Positions 14,718 to 27,200 of a stretch of DNA of 64,000 bases are shown here, piece by piece. Below the pieces are notes generated by a model. The model saw only the letters and a program-made list of their open reading frames with translations. It was not told the origin of the DNA and searched no databases. The position numbers and the translations under genes were made by a program. Within the stretch, counting starts at the first letter, position 1, and each line of letters begins with the position of its first letter. This DNA comes from Selaginella moellendorffii (lineage: Eukaryota; Plantae; Lycopodiophyta), in contig NW_003314302.1 in the NCBI RefSeq assembly GCF_000143415.4, positions 933,820-997,819 of the forward strand, read 5' to 3'.

Positions 14718-15353
14718 TGTGAGACACAAAATCCCTAGGCCCCAAAGTAGAGCTGGAAATGGTGCCACGTGGTAGTGGCCGAAGTGAAAGCCAAATGAGC
14801 GTAACACGTTTGGACTAAAAGCTCCGACTTGAAAGGTCGAGAGTGGGAGTGGAACTCCCAACAAAGTGCTCGAGGAACAAGCACGAAGCGAGCAATAAAC
14901 GAGGCTCCAAAAGGGGACCCAAAAAGGACCAACACATGACACGTGGAAGTGTCCGAGATGGAGTCCGAGACGGACCCTAGTTGGAGTCCGAGATGGACCC
15001 GAAGTGGAGTCCGATATGGAGTCTGAAGTGGAGTCCGAGATAGAGTCCGATATGGAGTCCGAGATGGACCTGAAATGGAGTCCGAAGTGGAGTCCGAGAT
15101 GGAGTCCGATATGGAGTCCGAGATGGACCCGAAGTGGAGTCCAAGGTGGACCGAGACGGAGTCCGAGATGGACCCGAGATGGAGTCCGAGATGGAGTCCG
15201 AGATGGACCCGAGATGGAGTCCGAGGTGGAGTCCGAGGTGGACCGAGACGGAGTCCAAGATGGACCCGAGATGGAGTCCGAGATGGACCGAGACGGAGCC
15301 CGAGATGGAGTCCGAGATAGAGTCCGAGAAGGACCCGAGATGGAGTCCGAGGT

Positions 15354-15384
<31 letters not shown>

Positions 15385-16570
15385 AGGACCGAGACCGAGA
15401 CCGAGACCGAGACCAAGACCGAGGCCAAGGCTGAGACCGAGCCCGAGCTCGAGTCCGAGTCCGAGTCCGAGTCCGAGTCCGAGTCCGAGTCTGAGTCCGA
15501 GTCCGAGTCTGAGTCCGAGTCCGAGTCCGAGTCCGAGTCCGAGTCCGAGTCCAAGTCCGAGTTCGAGTCTGAGAGGGTGAAAGCCCAAAGCGTTCGTCTC
15601 CCAGACCCTGGGGGGTTTGGTGAGCTCCAAAAGTATAGTAAGGGGGAGGACTGCAGTGGAGCCAGTTTGGCCAGGAAAGGCCAGTTTGGCCCAGGAAGGC
15701 CAGACCCAGTGTTAGGTGATGAACTGACCACTGGGAAGTCCAAGACTAGAGTGAATACGGACCGACAAGCAGGGTAGCTTGGTGAAGTGTTCAAGAGCCG
15801 GCTCTAGTTCCCCCGGGAGATCGACTGGCCGATGCTCCCAGTCCAAGTGTGGGTGGCACTACCTACTTGGATACCAGGTGTGGCTCAACGGGACCTCGCT
15901 CTAAGCCCATGGCTAGAGCACCTAAAGGCGAAAGGTGGGGAGAGTACCCATGAGGCCCGCGTAGGGCCACGGTGTTCCGAAATGGTGTCCCAAAGTCCCA
16001 GATTGTGGAAAGGAAGAGGGGTAGCCCTCTGGTGTGGTGACCAAGGACATAGTCACACAGTGAAGAAGTCCTAGAGGATGGTGGGACTTAGTGGTCAGGC
16101 CGGTGGGCCTTGATCCAGTGGCAGTGTTGGCGAACACAGCCAAGGACAGAAAGGGACTTGGTGGGGACCGGAACAGAGATATTGGGGGAGGCTATTCCCC
16201 ATGTCTATAGGCATCCTAAGGATGTTAAGGAGTGGATCTGGAATGATCCCTCATGGACGGATGACCCAGTCTTTGAGAGACGGGATTGGAATGCAAGTGG
16301 TGTTGGACCACCAGTGTGACCAAGGTAATTGGGCATGGCCTTAGCGTAATGGGCCGATACGTCGGTGGTACCTTGGGGTGTCGATCATGGGATCGAACAC
16401 GTGGAGCACTTGGACCAAGTGCTAAGGTTGAGTGGCATGGATGCCATTCTCGGGGCTAGCAAGCCCCCAGTCCTGAGTTGGACTTATGGAGGTTGTGAAT
16501 GAGACTCCTCCAAGTGGTCGGAGGTGTGGTTAAGTGACTAAAGTAGAATGGAAAAATTTAGTCACTTACA
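14718..16570 (+). repeat. 5' LTR of element A with 12/11-mer and hexamer tandem arrays (14952-15573)
   Basis: TG...CA ends; (GAGATGGAGTCC/GAGATGGACCC)n, then (GAGACC)n, then (GAGTCC)n. Confidence 0.92.
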
Positions 16571-16573
16571 ACT

Positions 16574-16585
16574 TGGTATCGGAGC
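16574..16585 (+). promoter_or_regulatory. Primer-binding site (tRNA-iMet type) of element A
   Basis: TGGTATCGGAGC 3 nt after the LTR end; one mismatch to the canonical TGGTATCAGAGC. Confidence 0.9.
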
Positions 16586-18741
16586 TGTTCCTTAGTCCAA
16601 CTTTTATTGTTGCTCAAGTATATCACCATTGATGTTGGCATTGGAAGGTCCTAGGAGTGGGCCTATCCTTGAGGAGTAGCATGTCGAGAGGACATGGCTC
16701 TCCACTCAAGTTCATGCGTGAACTTGGGCACGATGTGGTGGATAGAAAAGGGCCAATAATAGAACAACTTTGGGATCTTAAGAACAGTATAAGGTTTCCT
16801 CAAAGAGCTGAGGATGTGATCCAGATGAGCGTTTGACGCAGCAAACGGGCTAACGTAGTTGTGGTAAACAACTATAATTGGGATCACGGGAAAGATGTAG
16901 ACTCCAAAATAATAAAGGAGTCACAAGATTACCCTCATATAGTTGAGGCCGGTGCTCATAACTTTGAGACTGGAATTGATGACCATGGGAGGTCAAATAT
17001 AGGAGAGGACACAAGTCCTCGAAATGGTAGCTGAGGTTACCCTTGATAAATGCTGGAACAACCCAAGGAGTTAGGGATGTACTTAGAGGATGAGTTGGTA
17101 TTCTCATCACATGGACAAGTGGTCCTAAGAGGCAAAAGGTTGCCCCAAGAGAACAAATCAAGTGTCGGAGTAACACTTGCAAAGATGGTCCTTATGAGTA
17201 GGACCTGAATACAAGAAGTTGTATTCCAGTGAGCTGGCACCTCAAAGGTAGGACCTTATGGGTCGTCGGATGACAAAGTCCAAAAAGCTGGATGACTCCA
17301 ATAGAGTCAAGGAATAATCCTAAAGGATTGATGGAAGCATTTGGACTAAGGTGTGTGGTACCCCACGAAGGATGGGGGGGATCATAGGATCCAAGGATGA
17401 GAACAGAGGGTATCTCATCGATGGCAAAATGTGCCATGCTAAAGTCGTGGGAAGGGTGTTCCCAAAAGAAAACAACTTTGAAACAAAGTTGTGTGTGACC
17501 TCTATGGTGCAGTGCTAACGGATGGTTGGCATGAAAAAGAGTGGTATTGGTCTTGGCAAAGACGTAGACACAAAGAAGAAGTGTCATAGAGGTAGGCTCA
17601 TGGAGCCGATGGTATGGAGACACCAAATGTGCCAAGGTGTGATACCTTGAGGCTATGTTGGTGGGTTCATGAGAACCCCTTGCCAAAGGAATCCCAATGG
17701 AAATGGGAATGGCATAGCCTAAGCTGCAGAGCATGCAGTTGGAGTGTGGTGACCCAGATAATGATGGAGGCGTGGAAGCACCAGCAATGAGTTGTAGGAC
17801 TTGACAACTATGAGGCAACTAAGCAAGAGGTGCAAAATAATTGGTTAAATGGGTAGAAGGTAGCTACCCAAGCCTTCTTAATGGCATAAGGAAATTGGAT
17901 ATACCCTTACGGGGGATAAATTGCTTATGTTGCGATATAGTAAGTTAATATCATGAAAGGAAATACTCATTGTCAAGGAAGCCGTCATTGGGACACCTAA
18001 ACACTCTAGAACACCAGGAGGTGGTGTTTGATGTCACGAGGGTAATAGATAAGGCCCAAGGGACTAAGTCCCTAGCGAATGATGGATAGAAGGTGCTATC
18101 CAAATGTCCAAAGTGGCGGAGACAAAAGAAGACTATCTGCTCGAATTGGACAAAGCCAAAAATGGAATTTTGGCAAGGCTAGCGATGGGCATGTAAAGGC
18201 CCATAAGCAACAATGTAATCTCGGTGTAAGCTCTATTTCGTTAAAGTGGGATTTATTCAGTAAAATGGGACTAGGTGACTGAGTCCATCTGGTTGTATAA
18301 TAAATCTCATTGTCAAGGTGAACAAGCCGAATCTGAAGCTAAAGAAGAGCGATGGCATGCGCGCACACACTATTTGTTTGTTCATTGAGCGTGTGGTGAG
18401 CTTTCCAAGATGAACGTCATTCCTATTAGCCAGACATATAACTTAATGGTGAGAACATTTAGATATTATTCAATGTTATCTTTTTCTAACGAATCTAATT
18501 GTGAAGGTGTAGCAAGAGGCATTGCTAGTCTGGAGAAGTCATTTAACTCATTTGACCCTTAGTGTATTTTCATGAAACTAAATAACATTCATATTATTAA
18601 GGAATTTCTCTAGTACCTTTTTTTTACGACATAGAGGCTTGCATTTCTTTCAAAGGTGATTTAGTAAAAGGCCTGAGGGCACATGCCATTCTATTTCTCA
18701 GACCAGTATTAAGATATACTAGTGCAAAGGGCCACATGCCA

Positions 18742-21700
18742 TCACGCCTCCTCTGATTCAGATTTGGATTGTTCACCTTGAAATAAAATACATTAGAAAC
18801 TTAGTAAAGGAATATTAAATCTCACCTTGAACCCGGGTTATGAATGCTCTTGCTGCATCTCTTGCATGGTCTGGCAAGGTGATGGTGGCACTCTGCTTCC
18901 GCATCCAACCATGCACAACATTATCCACCGATATGCTCATGCTAGGATCCCTTGGATTCAGCACCCATCTCTTTTCTAGGCAATCCTTCGTATATCCGGA
19001 ACTTGGCTTGAACCACTCCACAGTTACATTGAAGGAGTTAGTTTCCGCGTCCTCCTCTGCATCAGTGATGTAGCGCCCTACCCATATCATTTGTTTTTTA
19101 TTACTGGGTCTGACAAGCACGACCATTCCTTTGCAGACTTGTACTGGATTGAATGCTGAATCCGGCTTCTTGTTCCTCGGCCCACAATAGTGATCCTCAA
19201 CATCGTTATTTATCACTGCATTTCCAGAGGACATTGTTCCGCTACTATCTGGTGCTCTGGGTTCTGGCCAAAAGGACTCTTCCAATTCTTCATATACAAC
19301 CGGCCCATTTTGGATAGCAGATATAATCTTCTCCCAGTATTCGAGCAAAGGCTTGCACCTCTTAAAATAGGATTCTCCACCAAACACCAACCCCCTCTTC
19401 CAGAAGGCAATATGCTGTCTAATCCCGGCCACTATACTTTCCTGGTCTTTGAGTCCATCCGGGTGCATCGGCCGTGGGGAACCCTGAGGAATCATAGGTT
19501 CCCCAGTTATGGGATCTCTCTTGAAGAGTTCAATGCCGTCCACTGGCAGCCACACTGTGTCCCATTCTCTCATCTTGTACCTCATCACTGGAGCACCGTC
19601 ACGCATGCTGAAATGAAACTGAAGAGGCTTGGAGTGGCCAATCAGCGTTTCGGATCCGTCCCTAATGTAGCCTCTTACAAACCCCTTAAAGTCTGGAACC
19701 TCTGTCACAAGTGCAGCTTCAACAGTGCCTTTGATGCAATTTTGGAATTCATCGTAGAGTTGTGGGAGGGTGAGGACATTGGATCGCCAGAGGGACTCTG
19801 CCAGGTGACTGAACATGGCATCAACGTCTTCATGAGTGTGCCCAACCATGACAAAGCCAAGTGTAACCGTTTCAAATATGCCTTTGGCAACAAGCATCGC
19901 CAAGTACGCGAAGACGTACATGTTTTTGTTCTCACTGCTAGCATTGTCTGTTTGGAGCAGAAGATGGGGTGGAAGGCCACATCAGCCGCAAGAACTTCCT
20001 TGAGATTCTGCTTCGTTTGGATGAGGCTGTGCATTCACCGGGCGACCAGCCTCGTCGGAATGGCATGAGGCCTCACGTGATAACCCTACAATCTGACGGC
20101 CAACATATTCACTGGGATGGCATGGGGCCCCACGCGATACTGCAAGCCTTTGCTCCTCCTCCAGCTGAACCCTGTATGGGGTTCGATCGACAAGGGCCTT
20201 ATGCAAGGGTTGGCCGTTCAGCTCAGTCTGCGCACTTTGCAGAGACCTTAAGTGTTTTGCTAGGGACGCAATCATCATGTTTGCACCCCCGCCACCCCAT
20301 AGAGGTACAAAGAAGTTCCCATAGTTCTGGGCACCATGCCCATGAGCGATTATGCCAAACAGAGACACAGGCAGCTGCATGGATGAAGAGATTGCCTTGG
20401 GGGCAGGATTGAGTCGAGGTAAGCACGTCTTTTTCTGGTCCATTTTGTCATGGATGATGCAGAGGTAAGAGTTAGGTCTCTCCATGGAGAGAATCCTGTT
20501 ATGATAATATGCAGTCCTGCAGCTTCTCTGCTCGATGTTGTGGTCGAGCCGCCTTCTAACCAACGTCTCTCGCTCTTGAGCGCTGCAAGAATTCTTCGAC
20601 AAAGCCATTTTGATAGCAGTGCACTCGTCACACTTTGAAAAGCTGGAGTACTTTCCTATACTCACATCCCTGAACCTGTTGCTCCACAATCTACTAAATC
20701 TAGATTGGCTCAGCTTCCTGTAGCCATTACTCTGGAGTTCCCGATTCACATCTTCCAATATGGCCCCCTTGGTATACATGGAAGGGAGAACTCGTTGGGT
20801 GTCTCGTGTTCCATCTTCCAAGAGGCGGGTTTTATGTGGTTGCTGCTCGCTACATGTCTCGATAAACCTCTTGAAGATTGCCTCTCCATATACAACATGA
20901 CCCCTGGTTTTGTGCGTACCGTCGTTCCCATGGACTGCCTGTTGAACCCTTTGTTCCTCGAACTCAGTTTTGATTCTATAGAATGTGGTTCGAGGGACTC
21001 CATAAATGATTCTCCATGCCTTCATGCAGACCAAACCCCTCTGGAAGACCATGCCCCCCACCTGATGTTCTGAAGCATCAACAGATGACCGTAATGCCTC
21101 ATACACAAAATTGCGAGCTGCCTTCCAGGACAATGTCTTGTATCTTGCTCTCTCCTCTTCAATAGCATCCCAATCAGCATGTTGACAGCACCTCCTCTTG
21201 CAACAAGCAACTGTCAAGACCATTCGAACCTCCATCGCCATTTTTTGCCTTTTCGGTTCGTTGCTTAGATCCCTTTGGCTGCGCTGTAGGAAGGTGTACT
21301 TTCTTTTCCCATGAAGAGATGTTCTGTCATCAGTTGTAGTGGTGTTTGATTGTGAATCCTTCACATTCTCAAACACTAAATGCCTCAATTTCCACCGCAC
21401 AATGCTTCCAATAGTCAGACTGTTTTCTTTTGTGTCAACAACCTCTAAAATTGCAACTCCAATATCATCCCAGCCCAATTCTTGATTAGCAACCGCATCT
21501 CTTAGATCGACAACTGTGGCTAAGCCCTCAGCTACCACCTCCCCCTCGGGGTTGTTTAGAAACACCTTTGCCTGAATCCATGTAGCACGGTTCTTAAGAT
21601 CCATGGAGGGAACATGCGTCGCACTTGCGCTGTCCCCAACATCTGCTTTCTTCTGCAGATTTTTCAAGGCAACAACAACATTTACCCCGACGACCATCTC

Positions 21701-21880
21701 TCCTCGTTCAATAGCGACCACATTCCCATCGAAGACAGTCTCTACTGATACAGCAGCATTGCCTTCCCCAAGCCTTTGACAGTGTATAACAAAGTTCCGA
21801 TCCATAGACACAAGGGTCCCTTTTGCAACTCTCTTCCCACCATTCAAAATGTAAACCTTTTCCCCAACCCTGAAGGCCAT
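18742..21880 (-). pseudogene. Sola-like DDE/D transposase (~1030 aa) with a single in-frame TGA at 19982-19984
   Basis: ORFs 19982..21880 and 18815..19921 are in the same frame, and the stop is CGA in copy 2. Motifs: CCKRRCC, VCMKAWRIIYG, FSKCDEC, IHDKMDQKK..LP, LQTDN..ENKN, VGHTHEDVDAMFS. A probable 49-nt terminal intron lies at 18777-18825 and a 5'-UTR intron at 21882-22191. Confidence 0.8.
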
Positions 21881-23046
21881 TCTGAAAGTGCAGAAAAGAA
21901 GTTAAGACCATACAAAAAATGATTGGAGAATGGCCTAAATCATAACATACCAAACAACCTCAATAGCATGAGGCCACATACCATTATTCAAACATGCTAT
22001 TGACACCCACGTGAAATTTCGCATTCACAAAATTGGCATGAGGCCTCATGCCATCTTGATATACACACAGCTGCAGGCAAGTAAAAACATACATGACAAT
22101 ATGCTAGCCATGAAATTGCAAGGGCCCAAGATGGCATGTGGCCTCATGCCATTTCTAAATGTGGTCCTAAACCATTCCATGGTGAACATACCAGGAAGCA
22201 CAAGTGCCGAATATCAAGAGGAAGCGGTAGCCACACCAAAGACAGTGCCGCTCGCAACACCGCAACTGCTCGTAGCGCCGCTCGCACAAACTGCCACTCG
22301 CATAAACTGCCGCTCGCAATGGCGCTCGCAATGCCGCAACCGCTTGTAGACGCATAAACCACAGCTCACAACGCTGCTTACACAAGCAGCGCTCACTGCG
22401 CTCAGCGGAACCAAGAACACGGCGCACAAAAATGATAGACCTAGGAATGAGTTCGAGAATTCAAAAATAACACACGCTTGAACGTCACATCAAATCCTCT
22501 GACAAACCAGATCTTATGATTCCTCTGACAAATTTCAAACTGAGTAGCTTCTAGACTTTGCTGTCGGAGGTTGAACTTTGTCACATCATGTCCTTGCCTC
22601 GATCCAGCTGTGCCATGTCAGTGATTCGAACTTTGCCATGCCATGTCAGCGATTCGCGCCAAGATTATTCGCCATGTAAAGGAATAATTATGCTGTGTGT
22701 GTACGTCCATTTATGGCAATATAAGGCCACACGCCATTCAAAGAATAATGCTAGTCGAGCATTTTTTGGTGCATTTTTGGGTTCAAAATTGCATGAGCCC
22801 ACACGCTATAAAGTTTACCTGTACCAAAAATAGAAACAGCTTTATTTACTTGGGAATTTAAGTGGTTGAGGCATTTTTAAACTTACAAACACATGCCCTA
22901 CTTACATTCCTTTGGTTGCTTACATTCCTTTGGTTGCTAGCTTTCGTTTGTCCCCTTCACTAGCCTGAGATACATCTGCTCGGCATCTGCCTCTTACAGC
23001 ATTTGCCCAGAAAGGGCATCTTTCTTCACGCAGCATTTGCCACATG

Positions 23047-23072
23047 TTTAGGGTTTAGGGTTTAGGGTTTAG
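23047..23072 (+). repeat. Interstitial plant telomere-type repeat / telo-box cluster (TTTAGGG x3.7) in the transposon intergenic region
   Basis: TTTAGGGTTTAGGGTTTAGGGTTTAG; the reverse complement is at 40725-40750 in copy 2. Confidence 0.85.
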
Positions 23073-24285
23073 CAATTCAGTAGCTTGATAAACATGCAAA
23101 TACAGAACTTGATGCAAAATCCTTTGATATGTCACAATGCCCCTAGGACCATAAACACATTTCAATAGAGAGGGTCCTTTCATTTCATAACTCCTTACGT
23201 AGATCTTGGTGAAACCAGAGTTAGTGAAGTTGGTTTCTTGTGATCCCACATCTGATTGTGATGTCCCTTTGCAGTGTCGATGGAAAGGTCAATGCACACC
23301 AAACTGTAGAATCTTGGAGCAAAATAACGGTCGGATCTATGGCAAATGCCCCTGAAACATTGTAAGGCTCGTGTGGTGTCCGATCGAGATGCTTCTTTGC
23401 ACGGTCATCAAGAAGGACATTGTATACCATTCTGTAAAATCTAGTTGCGATATAACGGTTGGATCTCCAGGAAACTCAAAACAATCTCGCGCGTGTTAGA
23501 ATATTCTAGGAATATACTCCTATGTGCTCCTGAAAATGGCATGCGGCCCCACGCTATTCAAGAGATAACGCCAGATGACGCCGAGCATTTTTTGGTGCAT
23601 TTTTTGGGATCAAAATTGCATGAGCCCACATGCTTGAACGTCATCCTCTGACAATTTATTTAGCTGAACATCTGGCATTTTTGGAAATACAAGATGCTTT
23701 GGAATATCCAATCATGCATGGTATAAATATAGCGAGGGTATTAAATGATATCCCAATCATGATCTTTCTTTTGGATTTCGCGTGCATGCAGTCCGAGGAA
23801 TGATGACGTTGTAGATTTCTTTTGGATTTCACGCATGCGCACGCCGATCCAGAAATTAATGGTGGCGCCCAAGTCCGAGAAATGATGATGTGGCGGGATT
23901 ACCAACCGTCGTGACATTTCGCGCGTGTGAGGTTAGGTTTTGCATTTTGCTTCGTACTCGCGCTCGCACACTCGCGCTCGCATCGCGCTCCCACTTCTCT
24001 ACAGGTTTCTCGTGTGCATCGGCGTCCACTCGCGCTTGCATCACACTCGCGCTCGCATCGCGCTCGTGTGCATCGGCGTCCACTTCAAGACACACCCAGT
24101 TTGTAACTTCGCCGCCAACTCCGCCTCCCACTCCGCCACCCACACGCAGCCCACTTGGCGTCCTGGGAGATTTCAGCGCCACTCTCCAACTGTAAGTGGC
24201 AGAGTAGCCTTGCTGCTACGATCCGCTGCACACACAGTGCACATTCGCCAGCGAGTCCGGTTGTCACGCCTCCATTCGGCTTCAA

Positions 24286-27200
24286 ATGGTAAGTCTTTTA
24301 GGCCAAGTAGAAAATGGCATGAGGCCACATGCCATTCAGTAGCAACATTGGCATGCACCGATTGGGCTCTCGAGTGCAGTCCGGTTACAGATGGCGTGTA
24401 GCCTCACGCCATCTTAGGATGCAGCCTCAAGACATCTGATGCAGTGGTGAATGGCGTGTGGCCTCACGTTATTTCCAGCTACTAGCTTTTCATCTGTCAG
24501 CTCTAATTGTTGTGCATTTCTGAACAGGCGAGGAATTGCGTTCTTCTTCCAGCCACTGTCAATGTGGATGCAGAGAAGGGGGAGGAGCTCACCAGTTGGA
24601 CTTTCGGGATGGAAGGCGAGGATCTGAGGCTGTACAACACAGATGGTGGGAGAAAAGAATGCATGGGGATCCTCATCCAAGTGACAGACACTCCATGCAG
24701 TTCCATGCAAGAATATGGACTGGCACTTGTGGTAGAGACAGCGTCTGCCTTCAAGATCCACCTTGCACATCCTAGCAGCTTCCCGGAGGGGGGCAGCGGC
24801 TATGAGGAATTCCTAGAGGGAGCTAGGGAGAGGTTGTCCAGGAGGCCCACAATTTCAAAGACGCTGCGGGTCTATGAAGATCACATGGAATCCACGGACC
24901 TCACCTACGGCGATGTTCAAAAACTATATTCCAACATTGAGCCGTTGAGAGTGACTCCAGTTCGCGAAGCAAAGGGGAAGGGGGTCGATCTGGAAACTAC
25001 CTCGAAGCAGAAAAGGGTGGTCAAGCTCAAGCCGACGTCCGACTCTCCTGCTCCAAAAAAGAAGCTACTCAGTGATGCCATTGCCTCGGGTTCGAACACT
25101 ACACCCACCAAAAAGAAGAGCCGCAAAGAGCAGAAAGAGCAAGAAGAGGCAGCAAAAATCGTCGCAGATAATAGTACTTATTACTATTCCAACAAAGTAT
25201 ATACAATCGACGTGAGCCGTATCGACATCCAAAGCAAATACAACCACAGGCTAGTATCTGATGAGTGGGTGGAGAAATTGAAGCAGAAGATGCTGGCAAG
25301 TCCAGTAACACCCGACATTGTAGACGTGATCCCCTACTACCAAAAAATGAAGGGCGAGATGAGGTTTCCAGACTTGATCAATAGGAAGGTGTTGGACGAT
25401 CAGAACATCCGGTTCTATGCCGTCTCCGGGCAGCATTCTAGCTTGGCGATGCAAGAGATAGTTGTGGATATTATGGTGGGCGAGGAGGTGAAGAAAGTCT
25501 TCAAGACAAGAGTTGTCCGCCTGATAAAAGGCAACTCGCCCCTCCGATCTATCATATACATCTCCCACGCGCAGAATGTCAAGCAAGAAACGTGCTACAA
25601 ATCGGGTCTGCACGAGACATTGGCACGAACACGGAAGCTCTGGGTTCAACTGAAGAAGCCACAAAAACCAGGACAAGGACGTGCACTAGCAACTAGCGCC
25701 TGGCAGGTAAGCCTCGTTGTATGTGGCATAGCATGTGGCCTCACGCCATTTCCATTGCAGGAATTCTCGAGTCTTCTCTCGAAAACACTGGGGGTCAATG
25801 ACACACTCAGCATCCATAACATTCTACTCGCGACAAAAGTTGTTTTTGACAAATGGGTAGATGTGCTGAGGAGGTACCATGACGGGGAGTTGCCAAAGTC
25901 AATGGGTGTGGAGGACGGCCGGAAGCCCAATGATTTGAAGCTCAACGCCTTGCGTTTCTCGCGGTCTCTAGACGACGACGACCTTCTGACAGTGGCTAAT
26001 GCTCTTCTACGTGGTGAGGTTGTCTTCAACAAGACCAAAATGACTCCCGGCCATATTGTGACATACGAGGACTTGTGCACGACTCTGAGAGCTCGTGCGC
26101 TATTGAAGGATTGGATCTTCGAGCAAGTGGCCGTGGAGAGGGTGAGCATCGACACCACGCAAGAGATGATGGAAGCGCTGGAGTTGTCAAATGAAGACAT
26201 CGACGAGTACGTGAAGGGGGCCCCCAAGTTCATCGATCTGCTGCGGGATGCCACGAAAAGTAAAGCTGAGAAGTTGGATCAGTATCCAAATTTCATTAAG
26301 ATTGATGTCGACCGCCGGCTTCAGAAACAGCTCGACCCCGCACCAGAGGCCTATCGAGAACCTTACCGGGTATACTTGAATTCGGATGAGGATCAAAGGT
26401 GGAGGAGCATCGTTTCCCGCGAAGATGAGCAGGTCAAGAACATCTTTTGTGTGATGGACTTCACAAACGAGGAGATCACTCATGCAGACGAAGTCAGCTC
26501 CATCATTGACTTAATGGTGGGACTTGCGGAGGTGGAATCTTCAGTCCACTATATGATCTACGACTCCGAATCCTATCACAAGTTCTGGAAGGCCTTGAAC
26601 GAGGTGAAGGCTCGGTTGAAAGGCAAGGAGATGCGGGAGATCCATGGGATAATGGCTAAGAAGAAGATACCGACGAATGTCCGCATCTTCACACTCGCCC
26701 TTGTTATTGGTCCTGCAACAGAGTGGGACTGGAGTGACTTCCCAGCTTTGTTCGACAAGGCCAATCGAATTGATCTGAGGGAGGTCAATTTACCCGTGCC
26801 TGAGGAACTGAAGACGGCTATGGAGCTTTCGAATCCAAAGAAAGCTCCAGGTGCAGCATGGGAAATGCTCAGCTGGGTCTTCAACGCAATAGCGGGTGGG
26901 TCACCTGCTTCCGACTCCAAGGGCAAATGCGTTGTCGAGTACAACTGCGGCGGACTATTCTTTCGAGCCGCACTACTCAAGGGTGTCCCGTGTGTTGCGG
27001 TGACAAACTCCATTGAAGAGGTGACTTCAATGGAGCATATAATTACAGTTGCCAAAGAAAAACAGTATCTTCTCTGCGAACCTGGTGAGTATGCACTTTA
27101 AGTTTAAATGTTATCTCACAAGCTCTGTATGCAGGAGCGTGGCCACCCCCAGATGCTGAAACGGCGTTAACAGCTACTGTTGAAGATACCCATGTTGGGC

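Noticed and set aside
14706-15794. Long SD-, RS- or LG-rich ORFs in the LTR arrays (also 9224-10607, 32784-34042, 49965-51104, 53477-54609, 59334-60499), superficially like Sdr adhesins or SR proteins
   Set aside because: They are open in several frames on both strands because the repeat units lack stops, and they are not conserved in frame between LTRs.
19190-20068. 292-aa + strand ORF and other ORFs antisense to the transposase and cargo genes
   Set aside because: Shadow frames with no motifs; the 292-aa ORF is broken in copy 2.
23047-23072. Chromosome end or healed break
   Set aside because: The tract is an integral part of the transposon and is present in both full copies.
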